Notes under the pieces: model-generated
The model's input: only the letters and a program-made list of their open reading frames with translations
What the model was told of the DNA's origin: nothing
The model's database searches: none
Made by a program: the position numbers and the translations under genes
Part shown: piece by piece, positions 31,139 through 39,448 of the stretch
How the letters are laid out: the number at the start of each line of letters is the position of its first letter
Numbering within the stretch: position 1 is the stretch's first letter
From: an uncultured virus (IMG/VR IMGVR_UViG_3300005837_002722)
Taxonomy: Duplodnaviria; Heunggongvirae; Uroviricota; Caudoviricetes
DNA length: 64,000 nt
Virus record (IMG/VR): IMGVR_UViG_3300005837_002722
Strand: one strand, 5' to 3'

Positions 31139-31537
31139 ATGTTAGTACATAAACACGTCATAATTAGAGCGGAAGTGCTTAATCCGCCAACATGTCCAAA
31201 GAAGGTTAGCGAACAGGTCAAAGATCTCATTGAACGTATAGGCATGAAAATTATGATGGGACCTTTTGCAAAGTACTGTCCAATGCCAGGAAATAGAGGA
31301 CTTACAGTTGCAACAATCATTGAAACATCACATATCGTAATGCATACATGGGACGAGTGCAATCCTGCACTTATTCAACTTGATGTATATACTTGTGGAC
31401 CATTTAATCCTGCTGATGTCTTAGACTGGCTAAAACAGTATGATCCTATCAAGGTCGAACACAAGTATTTGGACCGTGAACATGGTCTAGAAGAAGTTGG
31501 TAGTCCTGGGGGGATTCGAACCCCCATCGCTCTCTAA
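31139..31537 (+). CDS. speD: S-adenosylmethionine decarboxylase proenzyme
   Basis: IIETSHIVMHTWDE, LDVYTCG. Confidence 0.8.
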   Translation: MLVHKHVIIRAEVLNPPTCPKKVSEQVKDLIERIGMKIMMGPFAKYCPMPGNRGLTVATIIETSHIVMHTWDECNPALIQLDVYTCGPFNPADVLDWLKQYDPIKVEHKYLDREHGLEEVGSPGGIRTPIAL

Positions 31538-31547
31538 TCTGGAGACT
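31498..31547 (-). tRNA. 3' half of a tRNA with long variable arm (anticodon in N-gap)
   Basis: TCTCCAGATTAGAGA arm, GGGGGTTCGAATCCCCC T-arm, ends ACCA. Confidence 0.7.
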
Positions 31548-31564
31548 NNNNNNNNNNNNNNNNN

Positions 31565-31593
31565 CTGTCGTGTTACCACTACACCATTCCGAC
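31565..31593 (-). tRNA. 5' part of a probably different tRNA (rest in N-gap)
   Basis: GTCGGAA TG GTGTAGTGGTAACAC D-arm; acceptor does not pair with the 3' half at 31498. Confidence 0.55.
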
Positions 31594-31601
31594 ATAAAAT
31601 A

Positions 31602-31632
31602 AAAAACCCCCTTGCATTTCTGCTTGGGGGTT
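31602..31632 (-). terminator. rho-independent terminator
   Basis: CCCCCAAGCAGAAATGCAAGGGGG followed by T6. Confidence 0.65.
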
Positions 31633-31658
31633 GTTAAAAAATTGATTTGTCTAAAAAA

Positions 31659-32060
31659 TCAAGTTCCCCCTTGTGCAGGCATTGTGAATAATGCTTGTAT
31701 GCCTTCTTCAGGTGATATAGGCTTTCTTGCAAACACACACCACTTGTAGGCCCACATAGTTTCTTTGGTTGTACAAAACTGTCTAAAACTTGTGCCTGTG
31801 GTGTATACATCATCTACAACGAGCCAAGGATGATCACCTTCAGTTACATATTTTTCCATTGCCCATTGCAACGGCAATCCACCTCTTGGTATTCCTACTA
31901 CTTTTGAAAATGGTTCTGTTTGATAATCCATAATCATTGTTGCTAGTGCTGACCATTGATCAGGTGAAATAGCATCACACTCGATTTTCCATTTAAGAGG
32001 TAATCCAGCATGACTTGTAAAGTCGCCTACGTCAAATAAATGTGCTTCTGTCTTATACAT
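31659..32060 (-). CDS. type I phosphoribosyltransferase (PyrE-like)
   Basis: GDFTSHAG..LKWKIECD, GIPRGG, LVVDDVYTTGTS; start at ATG 32060. Confidence 0.8.
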   Translation of the reverse strand: MYKTEAHLFDVGDFTSHAGLPLKWKIECDAISPDQWSALATMIMDYQTEPFSKVVGIPRGGLPLQWAMEKYVTEGDHPWLVVDDVYTTGTSFRQFCTTKETMWAYKWCVFARKPISPEEGIQALFTMPAQGGT

Positions 32061-32256
32061 TAAAAATCTATCTCTCTGCCTTTGTTTTCNNCCACCATGT
32101 TCTTTTGGTTTGTGTTCATGCCATTCCTTGCTATATCCATCTGGATATTTTTCTGCAATAGTTTCTTCGTCTTCTTTCTTTTTAAACCAATCAACTATTT
32201 GCCAAGGATTCAATGCCATATTATTTCTCCACAAACTTATTACTATTATTTATAAA

Positions 32257-32343
32257 TGGTACCCGCGGCCGGACTCGAACCNNNNNNNNNNNNNNNNCCA
32301 CGGATTTTAAGTCCGTTATGTCTACCAATTCCATCACGCGGGC
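32257..32343 (-). tRNA. tRNA-Leu(TAA)
   Basis: GCCCGCG..GGAATTGGTAGAC..ACGGA-CTTAAAA-TCCGT..GGTTCGAGTCC..ACCA; variable arm in N-gap. Confidence 0.92.
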
Positions 32344-32743
32344 TCTGTTAATTAAATAACAGATTAACTAAACTTTCTCCAGTTATAAGTCCGCCTGTGA
32401 AGCCAATAGTACACCCAAATACGAGTGATATAAAGATTACTTCTTTCCAGGACATTCCTTATTCCATCCTATTAACATTAACACAGGAATAACGTATGCT
32501 ATTCCCAATACCAATACCAAGTAACCAAATGCTTCTAACATTATCTTAGTTTGTTAAAAACTTCTAGTACCTGACCGATGATAATCATTGCACCACTAAC
32601 TACTAGAATTTGTGCCGCCACTTTCAAACCACCATTACCTTCGAGCAGTCTTACTATATCTGTATCTTGCATTGCCAAGCCTGCTTGTATTAGAGCATAA
32701 CCTGCACCTGCAATAAACAAAATTTTAAAAACGTCTACTAGGT

Positions 32744-33232
32744 TCATTCTTCCTTTCCAAAAACAGTTTCGTAGATTGGATCTAGCAAGTCATGTACTTC
32801 ACGATACTTTTGTTCTTCATTGTACAATGCCTGCGGTACCCTATCTCCTGCGAGTACTGTTTTTACCTCATTACATGTTTGACACAACGTCTGTGTGTTT
32901 TCGTCACTGTCACATCCGCCATCTCGTTGTGTATGAATGTGATCAACGATCAGCAAACTCTGTGCCGTACGATCCTTGACCAGCGGATTCTGTATCTGTT
33001 TGACTAGTGGATGTTCCCAAGGATTCATTCCACACATCTCACAGTAATCCTTTTTATTAAATGTCCACGGACGATCAGTACGTCCAGGACCACCATATTC
33101 TCTCATTCGTCCTTGATGAAACTCACAAAGTCGACTACCAGGACCTTTATACTTTGAACGGGGACTATCACAAAATTTTAGCATACATTTACCGCTAACG
33201 GATTGTTTAATTCCCTGTTGTCCTTGTGTCAT
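32744..33232 (-). CDS. HNH endonuclease
   Basis: CEMCG, VDHIH...GG.D...NTQTLCQTCN..KT. Confidence 0.8.
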   Translation of the reverse strand: MTQGQQGIKQSVSGKCMLKFCDSPRSKYKGPGSRLCEFHQGRMREYGGPGRTDRPWTFNKKDYCEMCGMNPWEHPLVKQIQNPLVKDRTAQSLLIVDHIHTQRDGGCDSDENTQTLCQTCNEVKTVLAGDRVPQALYNEEQKYREVHDLLDPIYETVFGKEE

Positions 33233-33496
33233 ACGTTCAAAAAAGAAACGGCTCATTTTCATCTTCCCGCATACGAAGTTCCATTTCATCTTCAAAGGCT
33301 TTTACAGTTGCCTTCTTGCGATCGATCATACGTTGCAGGATATCATAACCTGCACGTTTTTCATCACTGGCTCCTTCAGTGATCATTACTAGAGCAGTTT
33401 CCAAGTCCGTAATATCTTGTAGTTCATCAACCATCTTTGGTTCCTTCTTCTCAATTACAAGTGTATTATTACACAGATAGAATTTACTGTCAACAC

Positions 33497-33862
33497 CTAA
33501 ATTGCAATTGCTTCAACAAATCCGTCTTCTTCTGCATATTCATCATCAGGATCATATGCTACAGTTGCAATTGCTTTTGCTTCTTCGCCTTCTAGATAAT
33601 TACAATCAACGGAGTATGTTTCAACACCTTCGAACTCGCTAGTGATAGAGGACTTAATTTCGTCATACTCAATACCACCACCTTTTAAAAACTTTTCTTC
33701 TGCTTCGTCGACACTGTCAGCAACAACGTCTTGCTCAACGTCGATTGTATATCTGGTAACTTTCCTATATACTTTTTTACCTAGATCATTTTTGGTAATA
33801 AACACTTCAGTTACTCTGCTCATTATTGTACCTCCACAATATCCATGGCCCATTGATCCCAT
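33497..33862 (-). CDS. hypothetical acidic protein
   Basis: ORF in early-gene block. Confidence 0.5.
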   Translation of the reverse strand: MGSMGHGYCGGTIMSRVTEVFITKNDLGKKVYRKVTRYTIDVEQDVVADSVDEAEEKFLKGGGIEYDEIKSSITSEFEGVETYSVDCNYLEGEEAKAIATVAYDPDDEYAEEDGFVEAIAI

Positions 33863-34093
33863 GGTTCAGTTTCAGTTGCCTTTAAAAGGTTAAAACTAAC
33901 AGTAGTATCAGGAGCAAGTACCTCACTGATCATAACATCTTTGATTTCATCGATGTCACTTTTATCGTTAGTATCGATCCAAAGTGTTCCATACTGCCAA
34001 TGCATTGAAGGAACATCTTTTCCAACCTTATGAAAACGTTCCTTAATTTCTACTATTGAATGAGTTTCTAATCCCATGTTCTACCTTTCTATG

Positions 34094-34432
34094 TTAGTTT
34101 AAGTAATGAGGACCAGTCCAGTCAATGGAATAGTTCTCAAACACGTTACCCCTTGCGGCATTCCTTGCTGGAGCATTCCAACCCGCCGCTTTAAGAATGT
34201 CACCTTTCTTAAACTTCTTATCATCATCAGTGTTTACAATAAAACCCCAAACACTGTTTTCTTTAATGATCTTGATGTATTTCTGTCCATACTTTACTAC
34301 AATGGACTCGTCCATTTTATCAGTGGATTCTTTGAAATAACCACCAAGTGCATCATAACCTCTACCCTTAGATGCCCAATGAATATATGAAGTCTTAATT
34401 GCCTGCTTCAATTCTTCAATTTGCTTTTCCAT
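34094..34432 (-). CDS. phage hypothetical protein
   Basis: KGDILKAAGWNAPARNAARGNV; early promoter cassette upstream. Confidence 0.65.
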   Translation of the reverse strand: MEKQIEELKQAIKTSYIHWASKGRGYDALGGYFKESTDKMDESIVVKYGQKYIKIIKENSVWGFIVNTDDDKKFKKGDILKAAGWNAPARNAARGNVFENYSIDWTGPHYLN

Positions 34433-34532
34433 ATTTTCTACTCCTTGTTTCTAACTATACATATACTATAGCAAGATATCATGNNNNNNNNNNNNNNNNN
34501 NNCACTTTTTTTGTGGTTATTTTTGGGGGATT

Positions 34533-35024
34533 TTAGTCCTGATATACCCAGGAATCTTTAAGATCTGCGTGGTCTATCCAACGTACTACTAGGCCTTCTT
34601 CACGGCCACGTGCTTCAATTTCCCATGGAAGATCCCAATATTCGTCATCTTCTCTGTCAAAATCGTAGTACTCTAGTCCACTTGCTGAACTCCATTTGAT
34701 CTTCTTAGAACGCATAAGATCTGTGAGTTCGCCTTTTGCGAATTGTTTGAGGTGCACCATTTCATGTGCTACTGTGCTATAAAACTCTCTTGGATTCTGG
34801 GCAGAGTCAACCCACAGTTTAAATTCTTTAGGACGATGACAATCATCTTGCCATTCGCAACAACCATAATCTCCGTGTGTTTTTAGGTAGGTCCTACTCA
34901 AACGAATATCCAATTTGATACTGTTTGCTAGGCGTTTACTCATAAGTTTGTCAGAGCAAAATTCAACGAGACTCTCTACGTTCTTACGTTGATGTGCATT
35001 TCCGCCTGAAATTTTAATCTTCAT
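34533..35024 (-). CDS. zincin-like metallopeptidase (HEXXH)
   Basis: TVAHEMVHLKQF, YWDLPWEIEA. Confidence 0.7.
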   Translation of the reverse strand: MKIKISGGNAHQRKNVESLVEFCSDKLMSKRLANSIKLDIRLSRTYLKTHGDYGCCEWQDDCHRPKEFKLWVDSAQNPREFYSTVAHEMVHLKQFAKGELTDLMRSKKIKWSSASGLEYYDFDREDDEYWDLPWEIEARGREEGLVVRWIDHADLKDSWVYQD

Positions 35025-35094
35025 AAGTCCTCACGTTTGTTGCTAATTAAGTTAATACTATAACACATTGAGGTTACAGTGTCAACCCCATTGA

Positions 35095-35120
35095 AAAACC
35101 CGACAAAAAGCCGGGTTTCT
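35095..35120 (-). terminator. rho-independent terminator
   Basis: AAACCCGGC-TTTTT-GTCGGGTTTTT. Confidence 0.65.
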
Positions 35121-35142
35121 CGTTTCGTAAAATACACAGATC

Positions 35143-35511
35143 TTATTCGAAGTTATCTGTGCCTTCTTCTTCAATCTCACCAGCACCGTCATTGGTTGCA
35201 TTGTCAAATGACCATTGAATGGCTTCGCCAGTGTCAACAGTGACTCTGTGTCCTGAGATTTTTGTGATTTGTTTTACGTTTCCAGCATCATCAGTGATTG
35301 TGATAGTCATATCACCATCTGCTAATGCGCCTTGTGCTTTGTCTGCTAGTTTACAAACTGCTTCTACTGAACCGTCTGTAACCTTGAAGCGAGTAGCACT
35401 TCTTTGTGAAAGAATATACCCGTCATATTCAGTTCCACCAGTTTTAAAACGAGTTTTGATCTGGTTACCTGCACCAGTACCAAAATACTTTTTATTAATA
35501 GGTCTTCCCAT
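35143..35511 (-). CDS. hypothetical protein (possibly virion/late)
   Basis: MGRPINKKYFG N-terminus; late motif, structured leader, strong SD. Confidence 0.6.
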   Translation of the reverse strand: MGRPINKKYFGTGAGNQIKTRFKTGGTEYDGYILSQRSATRFKVTDGSVEAVCKLADKAQGALADGDMTITITDDAGNVKQITKISGHRVTVDTGEAIQWSFDNATNDGAGEIEEEGTDNFE

Positions 35512-35608
35512 TTGTTTTCTCCTTTAAAAGAAGTCCAATGCCAGTTCTACTGGCTACGGGGTTATGTCCCCGTAAATCCATAATGGATATCGAACACTAA
35601 TATTTATC
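35512..35608 (-). ncRNA. candidate structured 5' leader (three adjacent hairpins)
   Basis: ATCCA/TGGAT, TACGGGG/CCCCGTA and GCCAGT/ACTGGC stems between TAAATA and SD. Confidence 0.45.
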
Positions 35609-36181
35609 TGAGAATTCGTCAATGACCTCATTGATCATCACTGTAAGACGGTCAATTATGTTGATTTGATGTTGATCTTCAAATAAACTACGATCAAATT
35701 CACCTGGTTCTACGACCCATTCTAATACTTCATAGGGCAGTTTTACACTGAGTCCATCACCGTTACTAGCAACATAAGGCAAGATATCTTGGTATTTTGC
35801 TATAGCAACTGCATCAGTATCTACTATCATGAGATAATCAAATGTGTCGGGCAAAGTCCGCCCATCGCTTGATCCAAGAGTATTATTGAGTTTGACTGAA
35901 CCTGTGACACCGGCTCGTTTCGCTTTGCCTCGTCCAGTTGTAAGTACGTTGGTACCGCACTTGGTTTCGATTCTAACTTCACCCATTTGGTGGTCTTGGC
36001 CGACTTGGTCAACATATTCAATTGTACCTCCGCTCATACGAGCAATAGCACTGTCTTGGACAATTGACTTTAAAAATCGTAGGGTTCGGTCATTAAGTTG
36101 ATCTCCGACGGCATTAACCATCAGAAAGAAACGATTCCAGTTGACTGAACTTTTCAACTGTTGTGCTACTGACTGTTGCAC
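35597..36181 (-). CDS. putative PD-(D/E)XK nuclease
   Basis: GQDH.....RIETKC motif; FDYLMIVD. Confidence 0.5.
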   Translation of the reverse strand: MQQSVAQQLKSSVNWNRFFLMVNAVGDQLNDRTLRFLKSIVQDSAIARMSGGTIEYVDQVGQDHQMGEVRIETKCGTNVLTTGRGKAKRAGVTGSVKLNNTLGSSDGRTLPDTFDYLMIVDTDAVAIAKYQDILPYVASNGDGLSVKLPYEVLEWVVEPGEFDRSLFEDQHQINIIDRLTVMINEVIDEFSDKY

Positions 36182-36356
36182 TCATGATTCTCCTATGCAC
36201 TGAAATACCAAATTAGCATTGCACCCGCAAAGATCCACGGAGCATATTTCCAGCCAATTCGGATGGCGCCTGATAAAACTGCAAGAACAACACCTACTGT
36301 GGCACCTAGGACAATAAGTGGTTGTAGTAAATCCCAAAAAAGATCCGGACTAGTCA

Positions 36357-36650
36357 TTATGCCGCAACCTTTCCTGTGATCATTGAATTATGAATTTTTG
36401 TAATGGTACGACCAAATGGTGTTGCACCAGCATTTTGAACTTCTACTGTTTTACGGTTCATCTTGATGATTGTACCAGTCTTTACAAGTCCGCCATATTC
36501 CCAAGTGATAGTATCACCCTTCTTAAGGCCTGATGTTGCATTTCGACCAATAAAAGTCATTTGACGTTTCCAGTGATCTGCAATCACATTAAGATCTGCC
36601 TGGTTGTCAATTTTACGCAGTGCTATCAATACTTCGTCAAGTGCAGTCAT
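36357..36650 (-). CDS. hypothetical protein (SH3/KOW-like)
   Basis: LKKGDTITW...GTIIKMNRKTVEV. Confidence 0.5.
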   Translation of the reverse strand: MTALDEVLIALRKIDNQADLNVIADHWKRQMTFIGRNATSGLKKGDTITWEYGGLVKTGTIIKMNRKTVEVQNAGATPFGRTITKIHNSMITGKVAA

Positions 36651-37132
36651 TATGCCGCCTCCTTCTCTACTTTAGTTTTAACACCGTCCTCAATTTTAAG
36701 GACACATTCACCTGTGGTTAGGTTATCAACCCAAGCACACTCTTTACCAGCAAGGTGAGCAAACTCAGGACGATCCTTGTTGAAGTTACCGGCAATGTAG
36801 CCTCGCTTCATATACCAGTTGCCGTCTTTACCTTTACGGACAACATTGTCAAGATAACGTGTATCCCAACCTTCAGGATCATATTCCTTTTGCCATTTGC
36901 TCATTTCAGACTCAAAGTCGTCATCAGCAACAAACTGGTTAGTGATGTACTCATAATGCACATCATTAGGTTCGTCTTCAATCAACTGACAAACCTCAAG
37001 CAGGTCGTCTTTGCTAGTGGTCTCTACAATGTATGTAGAACCTGGCTTGTTCTTCCAATGGAAGTCACCAGTAAAGCCGTTGTGAGCGGCATAATTTTCA
37101 CGACACATAGTTTCGATCACGTATTTTGACAT
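36650..37132 (-). CDS. hypothetical early protein
   Basis: ENYAAH...HWKNKPGSTY; downstream of TTGACA-17-TATACT. Confidence 0.6.
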   Translation of the reverse strand: MSKYVIETMCRENYAAHNGFTGDFHWKNKPGSTYIVETTSKDDLLEVCQLIEDEPNDVHYEYITNQFVADDDFESEMSKWQKEYDPEGWDTRYLDNVVRKGKDGNWYMKRGYIAGNFNKDRPEFAHLAGKECAWVDNLTTGECVLKIEDGVKTKVEKEAA

Positions 37133-37209
37133 ATCTTTATATCTCCTGCTTCTTTATTATACATACAGTATAGCACCAAGATATCATGCTGTCAACCACT
37201 TTTTTACCA

Positions 37210-37686
37210 TTATTTTGGCAAAGGATACTCAAAATTTTGACAATCTTCGTGCTTTGCTAGAAGTTTTGCTCCATTTCTAATATGGAATCTTTCAGCCATT
37301 CTAGTCAACGGACTGAGTGTTACATAACGTTTGATCTTGTCTGATTTACGTTCATGTATAAATCTCTGCGTATCATTGATGATCTGTCTACCTGCTCCAG
37401 TATGATAACTCCAAACGGTATAAAATACTGCAACACTAGGGTCATCTGCTTCAGCAAACTTAAACATTTCTTGTTCATTTGATGGTATGTCGCTACAGTA
37501 GGCAACACAGATAGCCGCCAAAGGTGTATTGATCATTGGCTCTGCTTGTTCTGCATACTGATCTTCATACAACAAAAACATCTGTCTACTGTCTTCAATA
37601 CGCCAACCACATGGTATATGTGGACGTACTGGATCGTCTTTACAGTATGTGTTTGCTAATTTATAATCTTCAACTAAAGATAACAA
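37210..37686 (-). CDS. phage hypothetical (GNAT-like)
   Basis: DDPVRPHI, FYTVWSY..GAGR, VTLSP.T.MAERFH.RNGA. Confidence 0.55.
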   Translation of the reverse strand: MLSLVEDYKLANTYCKDDPVRPHIPCGWRIEDSRQMFLLYEDQYAEQAEPMINTPLAAICVAYCSDIPSNEQEMFKFAEADDPSVAVFYTVWSYHTGAGRQIINDTQRFIHERKSDKIKRYVTLSPLTRMAERFHIRNGAKLLAKHEDCQNFEYPLPK

Positions 37687-37766
37687 GTATTACTCCTATA
37701 GATATTGCTATTACTAATGACCAAATAAAAGCCTTTAAGGCGTATCTAATAAATGGACAAATCCAG

Positions 37767-38006
37767 TTAAAACATTCCATCTGCTACTAGTCCTAATATA
37801 TAGATTAAAGTTAATCCTGCGTTAAGTACCACAAGACTTCGTTCGTGCCAAAGTACACCAATCAGTACCCATAATGCATTGCTTATGATAAAAGCAAAGA
37901 TGTAATATGGATATAAGTTAAATGCGGCCATAGTTGCGGCCACAAGTAAACACCCGGTACTAATCCAGGCCAACGGTTGAAATGGCTTTATATTTGTTTC
38001 ATTCAT
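37767..38006 (-). CDS. small 3-TM membrane protein
   Basis: hydrophobic; own TTGACT-17-TATAAT promoter. Confidence 0.6.
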   Translation of the reverse strand: MNETNIKPFQPLAWISTGCLLVAATMAAFNLYPYYIFAFIISNALWVLIGVLWHERSLVVLNAGLTLIYILGLVADGMF

Positions 38007-38068
38007 GCTTCATTATAGCGTACTTTTTGATAAAAGTCAACTAAATAGTACGCAGGAGTAGTAAAAAT

Positions 38069-38269
38069 ATGGATTTCTTACAGTTTGTAAGCGAAGTCGG
38101 GTTTCCGATCGCTGGGGCAATAGCCGCAGGGGTCTTTGTATTCACAACGTTAAAATTTATACTAGATAGCGTTACAGGATCAGTTAAAAGCCTACAGGGC
38201 ATAATCCAAAGTCTTGATAATCGTGTTCAAACTATGAANNGAAGGTAAGGATGATGCGAGAAAAGACTA
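38069..38269 (+). CDS. single-TM holin-like protein A (internal N-gap)
   Basis: Not in the track: MDFLQFVSEVGFPIAGAIAAGVFVFTTLKFIL...LDNRVQTM; follows TAAATA and SD. Confidence 0.6.
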
Positions 38270-38482
38270 GAGGGTAAAACAAATGATTTGGATGGATTAT
38301 AATATCGAAAGTTTTCCAGATGGTAGTTTCACTGTACGTGGAGACTGGCCAGGGGAAGTAATGGGTTGGGCAAAAGAAGGCTCTGAAAAGAAAAAAGANN
38401 NNAATACACTTTATCAACCTGGAGACGTTTTTGTCGTTAACGAATATGGCATTCTTAAAAAGCAGACTGTGAGCGTTGCTTA

Positions 38483-38785
38483 ATGAGTGCAGAACTTGCT
38501 AAGGCCATTAGCGATTTTGGATTTCCAATTATCGCCGCATTTGGTCTAGGATACTTTGTGTATTACGTTTGGGTATGGGTTACAAAATCAATCAAACCTG
38601 TACTTGGTGAAGCAAGTGGTACGTTAATAAAACTTATCGACCGTGTTCGGATGCTGGACAATGATATGATTCGTCTAACCCAAAAACTGAACATGGTTTT
38701 AGACCTGCAGAGAGCAGAGGAAGAACGCAAATTGCTGGAAGATGCAAAAAGTTCAAAACGAGGAAAAGACAATGGTAAAGTGTGA
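38483..38785 (+). CDS. single-TM holin-like protein B
   Basis: FGFPIIAAFGLGYFVYY...LIDRVRMLDNDMIRL; paralog of 38069. Confidence 0.6.
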   Translation: MSAELAKAISDFGFPIIAAFGLGYFVYYVWVWVTKSIKPVLGEASGTLIKLIDRVRMLDNDMIRLTQKLNMVLDLQRAEEERKLLEDAKSSKRGKDNGKV

Positions 38786-38882
38786 GTGCGGACATAAATG
38801 TCATCGTGACAAAGATTGTCCTGAGTGTGCTAACGATGTCTGCTTTGAATGTAAATGTAGCGATTGTAAAAACGATGAATAG
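38772..38882 (+). CDS. Cys-rich metallothionein-like peptide (36 aa)
   Basis: Manual translation MVKCECGHKCHRDKDCPECANDVCFECKCSDCKNDE*; 9 Cys, 2 His; AGGA SD. Confidence 0.55.
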   Translation: MVKCECGHKCHRDKDCPECANDVCFECKCSDCKNDE

Positions 38883-39035
38883 CAATGAAGCCAGACACTG
38901 GGCAAACCTACGAAAACAATATCCACATAGTTGGACAACAGGTGAACTAGGGTTCGCTATATTTGTAGGCGCAATGCTTGGAGTAACATTAGGAATGATA
39001 TTTGGTATACCTTTCTGCATACGATAAATATTAGT

Positions 39036-39413
39036 ATGCAAGAAGTTATCCTTTTAACGGGACTGCTGGTAAAACATGCCATAGCAGACCTTTTCATTCA
39101 ATCATTTAGAACACCAACTAATAAAAGTAATTGGTTCAATCGTGGTCTGCAACTACATAGTTTAGACCATTCTATTTTGACCCTAATAGTTTTGCTTTTA
39201 ATCGCGCCAGTTCCGTATCACGTCTGTCTTGCTCTTGCTGTGTTAGACCACTTGATGCACTGTACGATTGACTGGCTAAAGACGAACGTTGTGCGTCATT
39301 TTTCAATTGACCGAGACGGGCCTTTATTTTGGAGGATTCAGTCTCTGGATCAGATTTCACACTACTTGACCTACGCCCTAATCGTAATTCTAGTTCTGCA
39401 ATACGGCTCTTGA
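39036..39413 (+). CDS. DUF3307-like membrane protein
   Basis: KHAIADLFIQ, LHSLDH, H..IDWLK, DQISH. Confidence 0.75.
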   Translation: MQEVILLTGLLVKHAIADLFIQSFRTPTNKSNWFNRGLQLHSLDHSILTLIVLLLIAPVPYHVCLALAVLDHLMHCTIDWLKTNVVRHFSIDRDGPLFWRIQSLDQISHYLTYALIVILVLQYGS

Positions 39414-39448
39414 TTTCTCGCACACGATTTTCTAAATCATATGTATCA

